Of a DNA stretch of 64,000 nucleotides, positions 29,867 through 39,708 are shown piece after piece. Within the stretch, counting starts at the first letter, position 1; every line of letters begins with the position of its first letter. The translations under genes and the position numbers were made by a program. Where the stretch lies: positions 1,600,001-1,664,000 of the forward strand of contig OZ243972.1 in assembly GCA_965214705.1 (NCBI GenBank), given 5' to 3'. Under the pieces are notes generated by a model, which worked only from the letters and a program-made list of their open reading frames with translations, ran no database searches and was not told the DNA's origin. Source of the DNA: Alphaproteobacteria bacterium (GTDB lineage: Bacteria; Pseudomonadota; Alphaproteobacteria; UBA828).

Positions 29867-30211
29867 TCAGCCAAAGTCGACGAAGCGCCGCGCCCGTCTT
29901 GCATGCAGTGCCGGCCGCCGCCCGGCCGACCGTGCGCGCACCGCCCTGAGCGCCGCACGCAGCCGGTAGCCCCGGGCCTCCGCCACCCTGAGCGCCCCCA
30001 GGGCCAGTACCACGGCGGCCGTGGTCCACCACGTGGGCACAAACAGCCAGAACACCAGCAGTATCAGCAGCCGCGCATCGAACAGGTAGAAGCGCACCGG
30101 CCGCATGCTGTCCCGCCACAGGGGAACACCCTGGTGCAGGGGAACGCCCTGGTGCAGGGGAACGCCCTGGCGCAACGGGCCTTCCTGGCAGGGTGTTTCT
30201 TGCGCCCTCAT
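29867..30211 (-). CDS. icmT: IcmT/TraK family protein with N-terminal QGVPLH repeats
   Basis: WRDSMRPVRFYLFDAR and RGYRLRAALRAVR motifs. Confidence 0.88.
   Translation of the reverse strand: MRAQETPCQEGPLRQGVPLHQGVPLHQGVPLWRDSMRPVRFYLFDARLLILLVFWLFVPTWWTTAAVVLALGALRVAEARGYRLRAALRAVRARSAGRRPALHARRARRFVDFG
30119..30172. repeat. Three tandem copies of the 18-bp hairpin unit CAGGGGAAC(A/G)CCCTGG(T/C)G
   Basis: Units start at 30119, 30137 and 30155. Confidence 0.95.
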
Positions 30212-30474
30212 GATCGGTTCCTGTCCTCACCGCCGGTTCTCCGTCGTCGTGCCGGGATCGATTGCACCGCCGGTCTGCGGCGGCGTGGCCGCCGCAGCGG
30301 CTTCACCCGGCGCCGGTCCGCCTCCTCGATTCGACCTTCGCGGAAGGCGCGCTCCGCCGCCGTCGCCAGATCGTTCCCGCTTCGCTGCAGCGCCTGTGTC
30401 ATCAGCCCCGGCCAGCGTTCCTGCGGCTCCTCCATGAGCGCCTCCTTGAGCGCGCCGTCGAAGACGAGCCACTC

Positions 30475-32628
30475 CCCAAGTTGGCACTTTTTCCGGTTGC
30501 TCAATGCCGGTCTGCCCATATTTTGCGGACCGAAGTACCACATATTGGGGTAGCTCCGAGATGATGCCACTATATGTGTAATTGAGGCGCTGGAAGCGCG
30601 TTGTAGTGCCAGGATTTGTTAGGTATTGACGATTTTCCCTTGACCCCAGACCCCAAGCCGACAAATCTTGGCCCCTCGCAACAATCTCGCGACGGGCGAC
30701 ATGTTCATCAGGGCAACCAAGACCCACACCACCGACGGCAAGCCCGTCCGAAGCCATCGCCTCGTGCTCTCCCAGCGCATCGGCGACAAGGTCAGGCAGC
30801 GCACGCTCCTCAACCTCGGCACCGACTATCCGGTGCCGAAGGAGAAATGGCGCGAAGTGGCCGAACTCGCCGAGGCGCTGCTGCACGGCCGCCCGCCGCT
30901 GCTCCAAGCCGTCCCGGACGTGCAGGCCGCAGCCGAGGACATCGTCGCCAAGCTCAGGGCCAGGGGGTTCCGTGCCGAGGCGATGCAGGAAGAGGCGCGC
31001 AAGCCCGAGATCGCCACCGTCGACCTCGATACCCTGGAGCATGAGAACCCGCGCACCGTCGGCTGCGAGCGCCTGTGCCTCAAGGCCCTCGACGACCTTG
31101 GCTTCGCCGAAATCCTCCACGGCCTCGACATCAAGGGCCGCGACGGACGCATCGCCAGCGCGCTGATCGTCGCCAGGATGGTCCATCCCGCCAGCGAGCG
31201 TGATACCAGCCGCTGGCTCCGCCACGACAGCGCGGCCGCCGAGCTCCTGGGCCTGGAGGGCGACCGCAAGGCGCTGCGGCGCAAGACGCTCTACCGCATC
31301 GGCGACCTGCTCTGGCGCCACCGGGCCGCCATCCAGAGGGAACTGTTCAACCGTGAGCGCGCGCTGCTCGACCTGCCCGAGACGATCGCCTTCTACGATC
31401 TCACCAACGTCCACTACCACGGCCACACCGACGGCGAGCTTCCCAGGTTCGGGCGCTCCAAGCAGAAGCGCGACGACTGTCCCCTCATCACGCTGGCGCT
31501 CGACGGTGCGGGCTTCCCGCGCAGTTGCGAGATCCTGCCCGGCAACGTGAGCGAGCCGGGCACGCTGCACGAGGCGCTGGCCCGGCTCGAGGCGGTATGC
31601 GGCGGCACGGCGGCGAAGCCCACGGTGGTCATGGACGCGGGCATCGCCACCGAGGAGAACATCGTCTGGCTGGGCGAGCAGGGCTACGACTGGATCGCGG
31701 TCAGCCGCGGTGCCAGGCCTGCGCCGCCCGAGGGCGGACCCGAGGCCCTGCTGATCACCAGCGCGCGCCACGAGGTGCGGGCCTGGCGGCTTGCCAGCGA
31801 GGACGGCGAGGCGCGGCTCTACGTCGTCAGCGAGGGCAAGAAGAAGGCCGAGAACGCGATCATCGGCCTGAGGCGGAACCGCTTCGAGGCGGCGCTGCAA
31901 AGGCTCCACGGCGGCCTTGCGGTCAAGGGCCGCCTCAAGCGCTACGACAAGGTGCTGGAGAGCATAGGCCGCCTCAAGCAGCGCTTCTCCGCCGTCGCCA
32001 GGCACTACGAGATCACGGTCGAGAAGGCGGACACCGGCCCCAATGCCACCGCCGTGCGCTTCAAGCGCAGGCCGCGATACGACGAGGCCGATGAGGGCGC
32101 GGGCGCCTATGTGCTGCGCACCAGCCACGTCGACTGGGATATCGAGACGGTCCTGCGGACGTACTGGCGGATCACGGATATCGAGGCGACATTCCGAAGC
32201 CTGAAATCCGAACTCGGCCTTCGCCCGATCTGGCACCAGCTCGACCGGCGCATCGCGGCCCACCTGCTGATCGCCGTGCTGGCCTACCACGCCGTGCATC
32301 TGATCCGTACCCGGCTGGCCGCGCGGGACATCCACAAGTGCTGGGCATCGATCCGCGAGAGCATGCGGACCTGGGTGCGGATCACCACGCGCCTGCGCCA
32401 GACCGACGGCACCTTGATCGTCAATCGACAGGACACGCGCCCGGCCGCTGAGGTTGCCGCAATCTCCTCGGCGGCGGGCGTGGAACCCGCCATCCACCGC
32501 ACGAGGACCCGCCTGCCGAACTGACAGAATCCAACAAAATGTAGTGCCATGTTGGAACCGGCCGAGAGAAATATCGCGTTACATCAACACGATAAAGGAC
32601 ATGGGTAGGACAAAAGTGCCAACTTGGG
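30475..32628 (+). mobile_element. IS1634-family element (copy A)
   Basis: 17-bp TIRs CCCAAGTTGGCACTTTT / AAAAGTGCCAACTTGGG; 4-bp TSD ACTC at 30471-30474 and 32629-32632. Confidence 0.92.
30701..32524 (+). CDS. IS1634-family DDE transposase
   Basis: MFIR..., YDLTN, FGRSKQKRDD, VVMDAG and IEATFRSLKSELGLRPIWH. Confidence 0.92.
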   Translation: MFIRATKTHTTDGKPVRSHRLVLSQRIGDKVRQRTLLNLGTDYPVPKEKWREVAELAEALLHGRPPLLQAVPDVQAAAEDIVAKLRARGFRAEAMQEEARKPEIATVDLDTLEHENPRTVGCERLCLKALDDLGFAEILHGLDIKGRDGRIASALIVARMVHPASERDTSRWLRHDSAAAELLGLEGDRKALRRKTLYRIGDLLWRHRAAIQRELFNRERALLDLPETIAFYDLTNVHYHGHTDGELPRFGRSKQKRDDCPLITLALDGAGFPRSCEILPGNVSEPGTLHEALARLEAVCGGTAAKPTVVMDAGIATEENIVWLGEQGYDWIAVSRGARPAPPEGGPEALLITSARHEVRAWRLASEDGEARLYVVSEGKKKAENAIIGLRRNRFEAALQRLHGGLAVKGRLKRYDKVLESIGRLKQRFSAVARHYEITVEKADTGPNATAVRFKRRPRYDEADEGAGAYVLRTSHVDWDIETVLRTYWRITDIEATFRSLKSELGLRPIWHQLDRRIAAHLLIAVLAYHAVHLIRTRLAARDIHKCWASIRESMRTWVRITTRLRQTDGTLIVNRQDTRPAAEVAAISSAAGVEPAIHRTRTRLPN

Positions 32629-33543
32629 ACTCGCGGATGGCGGTGCGCCCCCCTTGCGGGTCGGCCAGCAGCATCTGGGTCACCACGAGCGTCATGACGT
32701 CGATCAGCGCAGCACCCCGCTCGTGCCGCTCCTGCGCCGGGAACTCCGCCAGCAGGCGGCGGATGGCGGCGGCGACGCCGATGGTGTGGGCGGTGGCGAA
32801 CACGGCGATGCCGAAGTCGGCGGCGCGCACCGCTGCCTCCACCGTCTCCCGGTCCCGCGCCTCGCCCACCACCACCGCCGCAGGCCGCCGCCTCAGGCTC
32901 GCGCGCAGTCCCTCCGCAAAGCTCGGGAAGTGGCGCGGAATCTCCGACGACGACATCAGCGCGCCGTCGCCGCCGATGCCGTCGAAGACGAACTCGATCG
33001 GCGCCTCGTATGACTGCACACGCCCCGCGCCACTCTCGAGCAGGCGCCGTGTGCCCGCAGCCAGCAGGGTCGACTTGCCGGAGCCCGGCACTCCGGTTAC
33101 CAGCGTGAGGCCCCGGCAGAGGTCCCAGGCGGCGGCGATCTCCGCCTCGATGCCCAACTCCTCCAGGGTGGGTGGTGCGTCGGGCAAAACCCGCATGGTG
33201 AGGTTGATGCCGAATCGCTGGTCCGCCAGCACCGGCGAGAGGTTGCAGCGGAAGCGGCGGAACCACCGCTTGCCCGAGGCCACCGCATAGGAGCAGTCGA
33301 TGGCTTTTCCCGAGCGCAGGATGCCTTCGCCCGTGTCGTCGAAGACCCTGGCACAGAGCCGGCCCATGACGACGCCGTCGAGGACGGCCCCGCTGGCCCG
33401 GCGAAGCACGCCGTCCACCTCGATGAATGCCGGCGCGCCAGTCTGAAAGGCGATGTCGGAGGCCCCGAGTTCCGCTGCCCAGAGCAGGAAGGAGTCCAGA
33501 CCCGCGGTGGGAAAGGCGAAGGCCGCATCCTCCCAGAGGCCAC

Positions 33544-34365
33544 TCATCGCCCGTCTCCCGCCGGCAGGGGTATCCAGTTTCCGGGTTTGAGCTCGAACCG
33601 GGCCTCTTCACCCAGGCTCGCGACCGTCTCGTCGATGCGCACGAGCCGTCGGTGGCCGCTCGTGGCGATACGGCCGGTCTCGAGCGTCGGGGCCGAGACC
33701 ATCCCCGCCAGGTTGCTGCGCCGCCAGAGCACCAGGCCCTCGAACGCCCGGTTGAGCCGCTCCAGGTCGTCCGCGAAGATGTCGTCGGCGAGCGCAGTCC
33801 CCCGTGCCCAGCCTTGCCGCAGCCAGCGTTGCCATGAACGCCCCTCCGCCTCGTCGCGGGGGAACAGGATCGCGGGCGGCGACACGGCCTCCGGCCACTC
33901 CCGCACCAGGAAGTCGCGCCAGTCCGGGGCGGCGCTCACGATCCTCCCAGTCTCGACGATCCGCATCACGCGGCGCGCGCTCGCCGCACGCGTGCCGCCC
34001 CGGTCGAGCCTGAAGGCATCGTCCGTCGCTGCCAGCACAGGCGGCATAACGGTGAATTCGCCGTCCTCAATCATCAGGTCGCGAAAGCGGTAGATGCCGG
34101 ACAGGTGTTTGGCGTGCCGCTCCAGCATGCGCGCGATTTCCCAGCCCCGCCGCGCCAGACCGCCCTGCGCTCCGAAGGCCAGTCCGGCCTCCCGCATTGC
34201 CGATCGTCGCGCCTCGCCGGCGAAGCCGCCGCCGTCTCCGTCTGCGAGCTCGGCCTCCGGCGGCTCGGTTTCCAGCACAGCCTCGAGCGTCGGCGGCTCT
34301 TCTCCACCGAAGGCGATGTCGGCGCCGAGACAGAGCAGCGCGATCAGCAGAATGCAGAAACGCAT
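33544..34365 (-). CDS. dotC: DotC/TraI family protein
   Basis: GAQGGLA, YRFRDLMI, MPPVL, PDWRDFL and GWARG motifs. Confidence 0.9.
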   Translation of the reverse strand: MRFCILLIALLCLGADIAFGGEEPPTLEAVLETEPPEAELADGDGGGFAGEARRSAMREAGLAFGAQGGLARRGWEIARMLERHAKHLSGIYRFRDLMIEDGEFTVMPPVLAATDDAFRLDRGGTRAASARRVMRIVETGRIVSAAPDWRDFLVREWPEAVSPPAILFPRDEAEGRSWQRWLRQGWARGTALADDIFADDLERLNRAFEGLVLWRRSNLAGMVSAPTLETGRIATSGHRRLVRIDETVASLGEEARFELKPGNWIPLPAGDGR

Positions 34366-34910
34366 CACGAGCCTTCCCTCTGCGGCTCCGACCAATCGAG
34401 GCGTACCGCGCGGCGCGAGGCGTCCACGACGAGAGTCGCTGCACTGCCGGCCTGCATTCCGGCGTCCCGCAGGACTTCCACGAGAGGGGCGTTGCGTGCC
34501 GCGACCGTCACCATCACCGGGCGTACCGGAGGCGGGCCCGCCGCCACGAAGCGGTAGCCGGCATGTCCTGCCAGGGTCTCCGCCAGGGCCTCCACCGGAC
34601 CGATCCAGTCAATGGTCACCGGGCGCCGCAGCGCCTGCGGCACAGGCGAACGCTCCGGTACGTCGAGAGGGAGGCCGGCAGGAGGTGGTGGAGTTTCCGC
34701 CGACTGGATCCGCGCCAGCATCGTCAGCGCCGCCTCGGCCCGCTCCGCAGCTTCCGCCAGCCGCAGCTCGGCAGGGTCCGGCCGACCCTCAACGCTCTCC
34801 TGGGGTCCCTCGCTGTTCCTGCCGGGCTCAATGCCCAGGGCGGCGCAGCCGCCCGCAAGCGACGCCATCAGGCCGACCGCAACGAGGGACACGATGCGCC
34901 GCCCGCTCAT
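34365..34910 (-). CDS. dotD: DotD/TraH lipoprotein
   Basis: Lipobox (AGGC), IDWIGPVE, AGYRF and LRDAGMQAG. Confidence 0.92.
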   Translation of the reverse strand: MSGRRIVSLVAVGLMASLAGGCAALGIEPGRNSEGPQESVEGRPDPAELRLAEAAERAEAALTMLARIQSAETPPPPAGLPLDVPERSPVPQALRRPVTIDWIGPVEALAETLAGHAGYRFVAAGPPPVRPVMVTVAARNAPLVEVLRDAGMQAGSAATLVVDASRRAVRLDWSEPQREGS

Positions 34911-34940
34911 CGCACCGCGCCCCTCATCGGAGGGCTCCCC

Positions 34941-36143
34941 TCATTGGAGGGCTCCCGCCGCTTCGATCACCAGATGCCGGTTGGGCGCGTATGCGAGCGC
35001 CACCAGGGAGCGGCGCGTGGCCGGGCCGGCCAGCAGCAGGTCCACGGCGTCGAGGAAGCCGCCCCCGAACGACGCGTCGGCTCCGATCCGGTAGCTGCGT
35101 CCTGCCTTCCACACCACCGACCAGCCCGCCCGCGCAGCCCAGTCCTCGAGCACGTCGTGCAGGGTCGTGTGCCGCGCGCGGTCGACGAGCCACGGCCCGA
35201 CTGTCCCGCCGTGCCTCCCCGTCGCCCCTTCGACCGGGTTACCGGCCGGGGCAGCCGCCTCTGGCGCGCGCTGCTCGATGTCCCAATGGCGGTAGAAGAC
35301 GATGGTGCCGTCGGCCCAGGTCCAGTCGTAGCCCGCGCGGGCCGCCACCAGGTTGAGCAGTCCCGGCAAGTCTCCCTCGAATGCGAACGCGATGTCCGGG
35401 GGATCGGGCAGGGGCAAAGCCCCGCCGGCGACGCGTGAGGGCCGTTCCTCGACCTCGACCGGCGCCCCGGCCAGCGTGGCGATGCGCTCCGTGACATGCG
35501 CGAACGGGAGTGCGCCGGGTTCGTCGACCGAGATCTCCCTTGAGTCCAGCGGAGAGGGAAGGGGCAGGCGGACCGGCGCCATCTCGGTCGCCGCCAGCGA
35601 ATCCGTTCCGCCGGCCTTCTCGATCGCATCGTCAGGCGGTGTCGTCGTCTCCGCACGCTCCGCCGCCAGCGCGCCGCCGGCATTGACGAACACGAACACC
35701 GCCATGGCGCCGGCCACCATGCCGGGGCCGAGAGGGCAATAGCCGCGGCGGAATGAGCGGCCCCGGCGGCGCTGGAGCCAGACGCGATGCAACAGGGAGA
35801 GGAATGCGCCCACCAGCAGCGACCACCCCAGCCCGAGGGGGCCGAGAACGAAGCCGAGGCCGCCCAGCATCATCGCATCCCCGGGGAAGAGCGGCCAGCG
35901 GTGCCCGCACCAGTGCGCCACTGCGATGGGCACCGCGACCACGACCATCCCAAGCGCGGCGCCCGCGCCTGCGTTCCAGAGCGATCCAGTGTCCACCGGC
36001 CCGTACAGCCGCCAGAACAGACCCGCGCCCACCAGAACCAGCACCAGGCGCGGATCCACGATCATGCGCCGGGCGTCGACCACCGCGATCGCCGCCATGG
36101 CGATCAGCACCAGGCCTGCGAGAAGAACATCAATTGCGCTCAT
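34941..36143 (-). CDS. A24 prepilin peptidase (PilU-like) fused to periplasmic secretin-N-like and TcpQ domains
   Basis: Catalytic Asp motifs VVDARRM and PGDAMM, plus PLGP; then FEGDLPGLLNLVAARAGYDW and TLHDVLEDWAARAGWSVVW...FGGGFLDAV. Confidence 0.78.
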   Translation of the reverse strand: MSAIDVLLAGLVLIAMAAIAVVDARRMIVDPRLVLVLVGAGLFWRLYGPVDTGSLWNAGAGAALGMVVVAVPIAVAHWCGHRWPLFPGDAMMLGGLGFVLGPLGLGWSLLVGAFLSLLHRVWLQRRRGRSFRRGYCPLGPGMVAGAMAVFVFVNAGGALAAERAETTTPPDDAIEKAGGTDSLAATEMAPVRLPLPSPLDSREISVDEPGALPFAHVTERIATLAGAPVEVEERPSRVAGGALPLPDPPDIAFAFEGDLPGLLNLVAARAGYDWTWADGTIVFYRHWDIEQRAPEAAAPAGNPVEGATGRHGGTVGPWLVDRARHTTLHDVLEDWAARAGWSVVWKAGRSYRIGADASFGGGFLDAVDLLLAGPATRRSLVALAYAPNRHLVIEAAGALQ

Positions 36144-36573
36144 GGCCGTTCTTCCCCGACGCGATCCCGAAGGTCGCCGGCAGCAGCCGGCACCAGGCCG
36201 CCAGCGCCGGCTCTTCGCAAAGCGTGCCCGGCAGGCTCCTGGACGCCGCACCCGTCTTCGCGCTTTCGAGGTTCCACGCGAGAAGCGCCGTCTGCGCCTC
36301 CCTGAGGGCCGTCAGCGTCACGATCTCCTCGCGCAGCATCTCCATCGCGTCCAACGCCCGTCGCCGGAGCTGCGCGGCGGAATCGTCCCCGGTCTTGTCC
36401 GAGGATTGCGCCGCTGCATCCCTGCCCGCGCCGGTCGGCGCCGGCGACCGGCCGTCCTCCGACGCATTCCCTGGCGGCACCGCTACCTGCGCGATGGCGC
36501 CGGCGACCCAGGGCCCGGCAGCCAGGGTCGCCGCCAGCGCCAGCGCAATCGCGGAGTCTCTCAACCTCAGCAT
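36130..36573 (-). CDS. Hypothetical secreted protein (147 aa)
   Basis: Signal peptide, coiled coil and a Cys pair; overlaps both neighbours and fills the operon gap. Confidence 0.65.
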   Translation of the reverse strand: MLRLRDSAIALALAATLAAGPWVAGAIAQVAVPPGNASEDGRSPAPTGAGRDAAAQSSDKTGDDSAAQLRRRALDAMEMLREEIVTLTALREAQTALLAWNLESAKTGAASRSLPGTLCEEPALAAWCRLLPATFGIASGKNGHERN

Positions 36574-37814
36574 CCCGAGCAGCTCCCGACGGTGAGCCGG
36601 CTGAAGCCCGCCTCCGCCGCGTCGGCGCGGCTCGTCGCCCGCACTGCTCGCGCCGTCACGCCGGCGGCAGACACCGACGTCGCCGTCACGCTGCGCGCCG
36701 TGATGCCGTCGCTCTGCAGATCGGCGAGGGAGGCGCTGCCTGCCGCCACCGTGCCGCGCACGCCCACGGAGCCCGCCGTTACCGCGCCCCGCGCCGTCAG
36801 GCTGGCGGCCCTCAGATCGTGCGCGACCGCCATCGAGGCGGCGGAAGCCGCTCCCGCGACAGTCGCGGTCGCAGCCGTCACGCTCTCCGCGACCTCGGCC
36901 GGACCGGAGACGTTCAGCGCCCGGCCCACCATCAGATCTCCGCTGACCGTCAGGCCGCCGCCCACCGCAAAGTCGCTCTCCAGCGTCAAGGTCTCGGCCT
37001 CGACGGCGCCCGCGCCGATCAGGTCGTTGCCGCCCAGATCGAGACCGGTCTCCATGCGATTGGCGTCGGCAAATCCCTGCACCGCCACGCGGTAGAGCTG
37101 ATCGCCGTAAACGGCGTGGTGATCCAGACGCCGGATCGTGGCCAGAGCCCCCGCTGCGGGCGCACCGCCGAAGGCCGCCTGGAAGGCGCTCATGTCGGCG
37201 TCCACCGCAGGTCCCATGAGCCGGCGCGGCAGATCGGGAGCCACGATGCCCATCCTCGAGTCGCCCTGCGCCGTGAGCAGGGCGGCGGCCGGTACGGCGG
37301 TATCGCGGGCCGGCACGGTCTGGGTCACCAGCAGGTCCATCGCGTCTGCGCCGGCGCCCAGCAGCAGCACCCGATAGCCGCGCCCCATTGCGCTCACGTC
37401 CGAGAAGCCGGCAGGCAGGGCGCCGGAAGCACGCAGCGTCGCCAGGGTAAGCTCCGCCGAGCCGTTGCCGACCAGAGTCACCAACGCCGGAAAGCGGCCG
37501 CTCACATGACTCGCCGCCGCATCGGACAGCACGGTGAGCTGGCCGGCCGCCAGCCTGGCACGCTTCTCCAGCATCCAGGTGTCGAAGAACAGCGCCGCGG
37601 CCAGCACCATCATGCCCAGCAGCCCCAGCGCCAGCAGCGACCCGAAGAGACTCAGTCCCCGACTCAGCCCCCGCCTGAGCCGCAGGCTCCGTCCCCGACT
37701 GAGCCCGAGGCTCCGTCCCAGAGTGAGCCGAAGTTTCCTTCGCCGGCTCAGTCCTCGCCTCGGACCCGGGCCACGCCACGGTCCATGCGCCGTCAATGCG
37801 TGCACGGTCAGCAT
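36567..37814 (-). CDS. PilV-like minor pilin, paralogue 2
   Basis: RG|LSLFG hydrophobic helix; LYRVAVQGFADANRMETGLDLGGN (PilV constant-region motif); beta-repeat shaft ending LTVGSCSGC. Confidence 0.78.
   Translation of the reverse strand: MLTVHALTAHGPWRGPGPRRGLSRRRKLRLTLGRSLGLSRGRSLRLRRGLSRGLSLFGSLLALGLLGMMVLAAALFFDTWMLEKRARLAAGQLTVLSDAAASHVSGRFPALVTLVGNGSAELTLATLRASGALPAGFSDVSAMGRGYRVLLLGAGADAMDLLVTQTVPARDTAVPAAALLTAQGDSRMGIVAPDLPRRLMGPAVDADMSAFQAAFGGAPAAGALATIRRLDHHAVYGDQLYRVAVQGFADANRMETGLDLGGNDLIGAGAVEAETLTLESDFAVGGGLTVSGDLMVGRALNVSGPAEVAESVTAATATVAGAASAASMAVAHDLRAASLTARGAVTAGSVGVRGTVAAGSASLADLQSDGITARSVTATSVSAAGVTARAVRATSRADAAEAGFSRLTVGSCSGC
37651..37770. repeat. Degenerate 12-bp tandem repeat in the pilV-2 leader
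   Basis: CTCAGTCCCCGA / CTCAGCCCCCGC / CTGAGCCGCAGG / CTCCGTCCCCGA / CTGAGCCCGAGG..., encoding RGLS/RGRS/LGLS units. Confidence 0.75.
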
Positions 37815-39043
37815 CCGCCGCAACTCCCGACACTGAGCGAGCCGATGGTCGCATCGGGGCCGTGGAGCCCGGTGGACTCGATCCGCTGCGCGCGCGCTTC
37901 CCCCTTCACGTCGACCATCTCGCCCGCCAGCGAGCGCGCGGAGGAGGCGCCGGTGATCACGGCCGTGCTCGCTACAGCCAACGTCTGCGCGGTCAGGGCA
38001 CCAGCAGCGGTCATCGCGGTCCCTTCGAGACGGCCGCTCACCAATGCTGTTTCCGTCGTGACAGGTCCCGCCGCCGCGCGCCCGACCACCAGTTCCATCG
38101 ATACGGAGAGGGAGGCCGCCGCCAGAGCGCCGGCTTCGAGCGATTCCGCTTCGAGGCGCGCCGCGCGCGCATCGCCCGTCACGGTCCCACCGCCCCCTGC
38201 CGTTCCGTCTTCCGACAGCGATGCCGTGAAGCCTTCCGCCGCAGCCACGCCCGTCACGTCGTTGCCGCCGGCATCCAGGACCGTCTCCATCCGGTTGAGG
38301 CCGGGACGGCCGGGCTGGGCACGGCGGTAGAGGGCCTGGTCGCGGTAGCGCAGCCCCGCATCGGCGGTCACGTAGAGCGCGGGCGCTGCCAGCGGCCGTC
38401 CCAGCCCCCTCTCAATGCCGGGAACGTGGGCCGCCATCACGGTGGCGGCGCTGCCCGCCTCCGCCAGCGCGGCAAGCCCGGCAGATATGGCGCCCTGCCT
38501 GAGCGCTGCTCCCGCCTCCGGGCCCGCAGGCTCCAGCACGCCGAAGGCCATCGCCACGGGGGAACGCCCCGGAATAGCGGTGCCGTCATCCATGATGCCG
38601 ACAGTGAAGGAGACGTCTCTGCCGACATTCTCCGGCAAGCCCGGAGGCACCGCGCCGAGGCCCCGCAGCGCCCCAGGGGTCAGCACGAACGACGGCTCGA
38701 CCGTGAGACGCGCCCCGAATTCTTGCTCCTGGCTCGCCCGGTGCGCCGCGAGCACCCAGGCGGCAAACACGCGGCCGGCCTGGAAGGCCATCGCCGTCTG
38801 CCGGGCCGCGTGCTGCGCCGCATAGTGGGCCGCAAGCCCGGTGCCGGCGATCGCCGCCAGCAGCAGCACCGCCAGGAGGGCCCCAGCGCCAAGCCGGTAC
38901 CGGCGCCTCGGCCACACCGGGAAACTCCCCGGCGCAGGGGAACGCCCCGGTACGCCGGGCGCGCAGATGCCGAGCCTGCCCACGCCGTGTGCATTCATGC
39001 CGAGCACGATCGTCCGAAGCGGCCTCATCCGAAGCGGACTCAT
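37808..39043 (-). CDS. PilV-like minor pilin, paralogue 1
   Basis: Hydrophobic N-helix; LYRRAQPGRPGLNRMETVLDAGGN; beta-repeat shaft ending LSVGSCGGC. The start is uncertain. Confidence 0.75.
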   Translation of the reverse strand: MSPLRMRPLRTIVLGMNAHGVGRLGICAPGVPGRSPAPGSFPVWPRRRYRLGAGALLAVLLLAAIAGTGLAAHYAAQHAARQTAMAFQAGRVFAAWVLAAHRASQEQEFGARLTVEPSFVLTPGALRGLGAVPPGLPENVGRDVSFTVGIMDDGTAIPGRSPVAMAFGVLEPAGPEAGAALRQGAISAGLAALAEAGSAATVMAAHVPGIERGLGRPLAAPALYVTADAGLRYRDQALYRRAQPGRPGLNRMETVLDAGGNDVTGVAAAEGFTASLSEDGTAGGGGTVTGDARAARLEAESLEAGALAAASLSVSMELVVGRAAAGPVTTETALVSGRLEGTAMTAAGALTAQTLAVASTAVITGASSARSLAGEMVDVKGEARAQRIESTGLHGPDATIGSLSVGSCGGC

Positions 39044-39708
39044 CCGAACGTGAACCCGATATCGTTGGCGCCGGCGCCGTCGTCGCAGTTGGCAGTCACC
39101 TGCGCCACGGTGACCGGCGACGCCAGTACTGTGCCGTTCACGGTGATCGAGACGATCCCCGCCCGTGCCCGGGTGCGCCCGGCATAGGCGTCGCCCATCG
39201 CGGCGCAGACCTCGTCATCCACGTCGTTGAAGGCGATGCGGAACCGGTTGGTGGCTCCGCCCGGCCCACCGGTGACCGTCACCAGGCCGCCGAAGGGATG
39301 GCGAATCTGCACGGTTCTCCCGTTCACCACGCGCGCGCCGTCGGGGATGCCGCCCCGGCGGTCGACGGTGGCGATCAGGTCGGTGTCGTTGCCGTAGGAG
39401 GCAGCACCGGCGAAAACGCTTTCGACGTTTGCACGAAGCTGGTTGAGCAGGGTGAGCGCCTGGGAGCGGTTGGCCGACTCCCGGGCGGCGTTGTAGAGGC
39501 TGACGGCGCCCACTATGGTCACCGCCGCAAGAGTCAGCGCCAGCAGCACCCCGAACAGGCTGAACCCCCGCCGGTAGCGTTTCTGGCGCAGACGCTGCCA
39601 AGACCCTGTCGGCACAGCCTCGACCACCGCGCCGGTAACGGAGCCGTCCCCTTGCCGCAGGCTGCTCGCAGCGTCGATGCGCGTCGCATCACCAATGTGT
39701 CCGTCCAT
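39040..39708 (-). CDS. pilS: Type IVb major pilin (PilS-like)
   Basis: Long leader ending RRG|FSLFG, hydrophobic helix, HPFGGLVTV, two C-terminal Cys and terminal IGFTFG. Confidence 0.85.
   Translation of the reverse strand: MDGHIGDATRIDAASSLRQGDGSVTGAVVEAVPTGSWQRLRQKRYRRGFSLFGVLLALTLAAVTIVGAVSLYNAARESANRSQALTLLNQLRANVESVFAGAASYGNDTDLIATVDRRGGIPDGARVVNGRTVQIRHPFGGLVTVTGGPGGATNRFRIAFNDVDDEVCAAMGDAYAGRTRARAGIVSITVNGTVLASPVTVAQVTANCDDGAGANDIGFTFG

Larger units (their letters stand above)
30208..33547 (-). pseudogene. dotB: DotB/TraJ (PilT-like) ATPase interrupted by IS1634
   Basis: GASDI, GVPGSGKST, YEAPIEF, LRRRP and VGEARD. Removing the IS restores ...RTAIRE-WLVFDG..., ending in an ATGA overlap with icmT. 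Confidence 0.92.

Noticed and set aside
30119-30172. GTGTTCCCC-like repeats resembling a type I-E CRISPR repeat start
   Set aside because: Units are contiguous 18-mers with no spacers, lie inside coding sequence, and no cas genes are present.
36567-39043. Shufflon
   Set aside because: No rci recombinase next to pilV and no inverted cassettes or sfx repeats seen.
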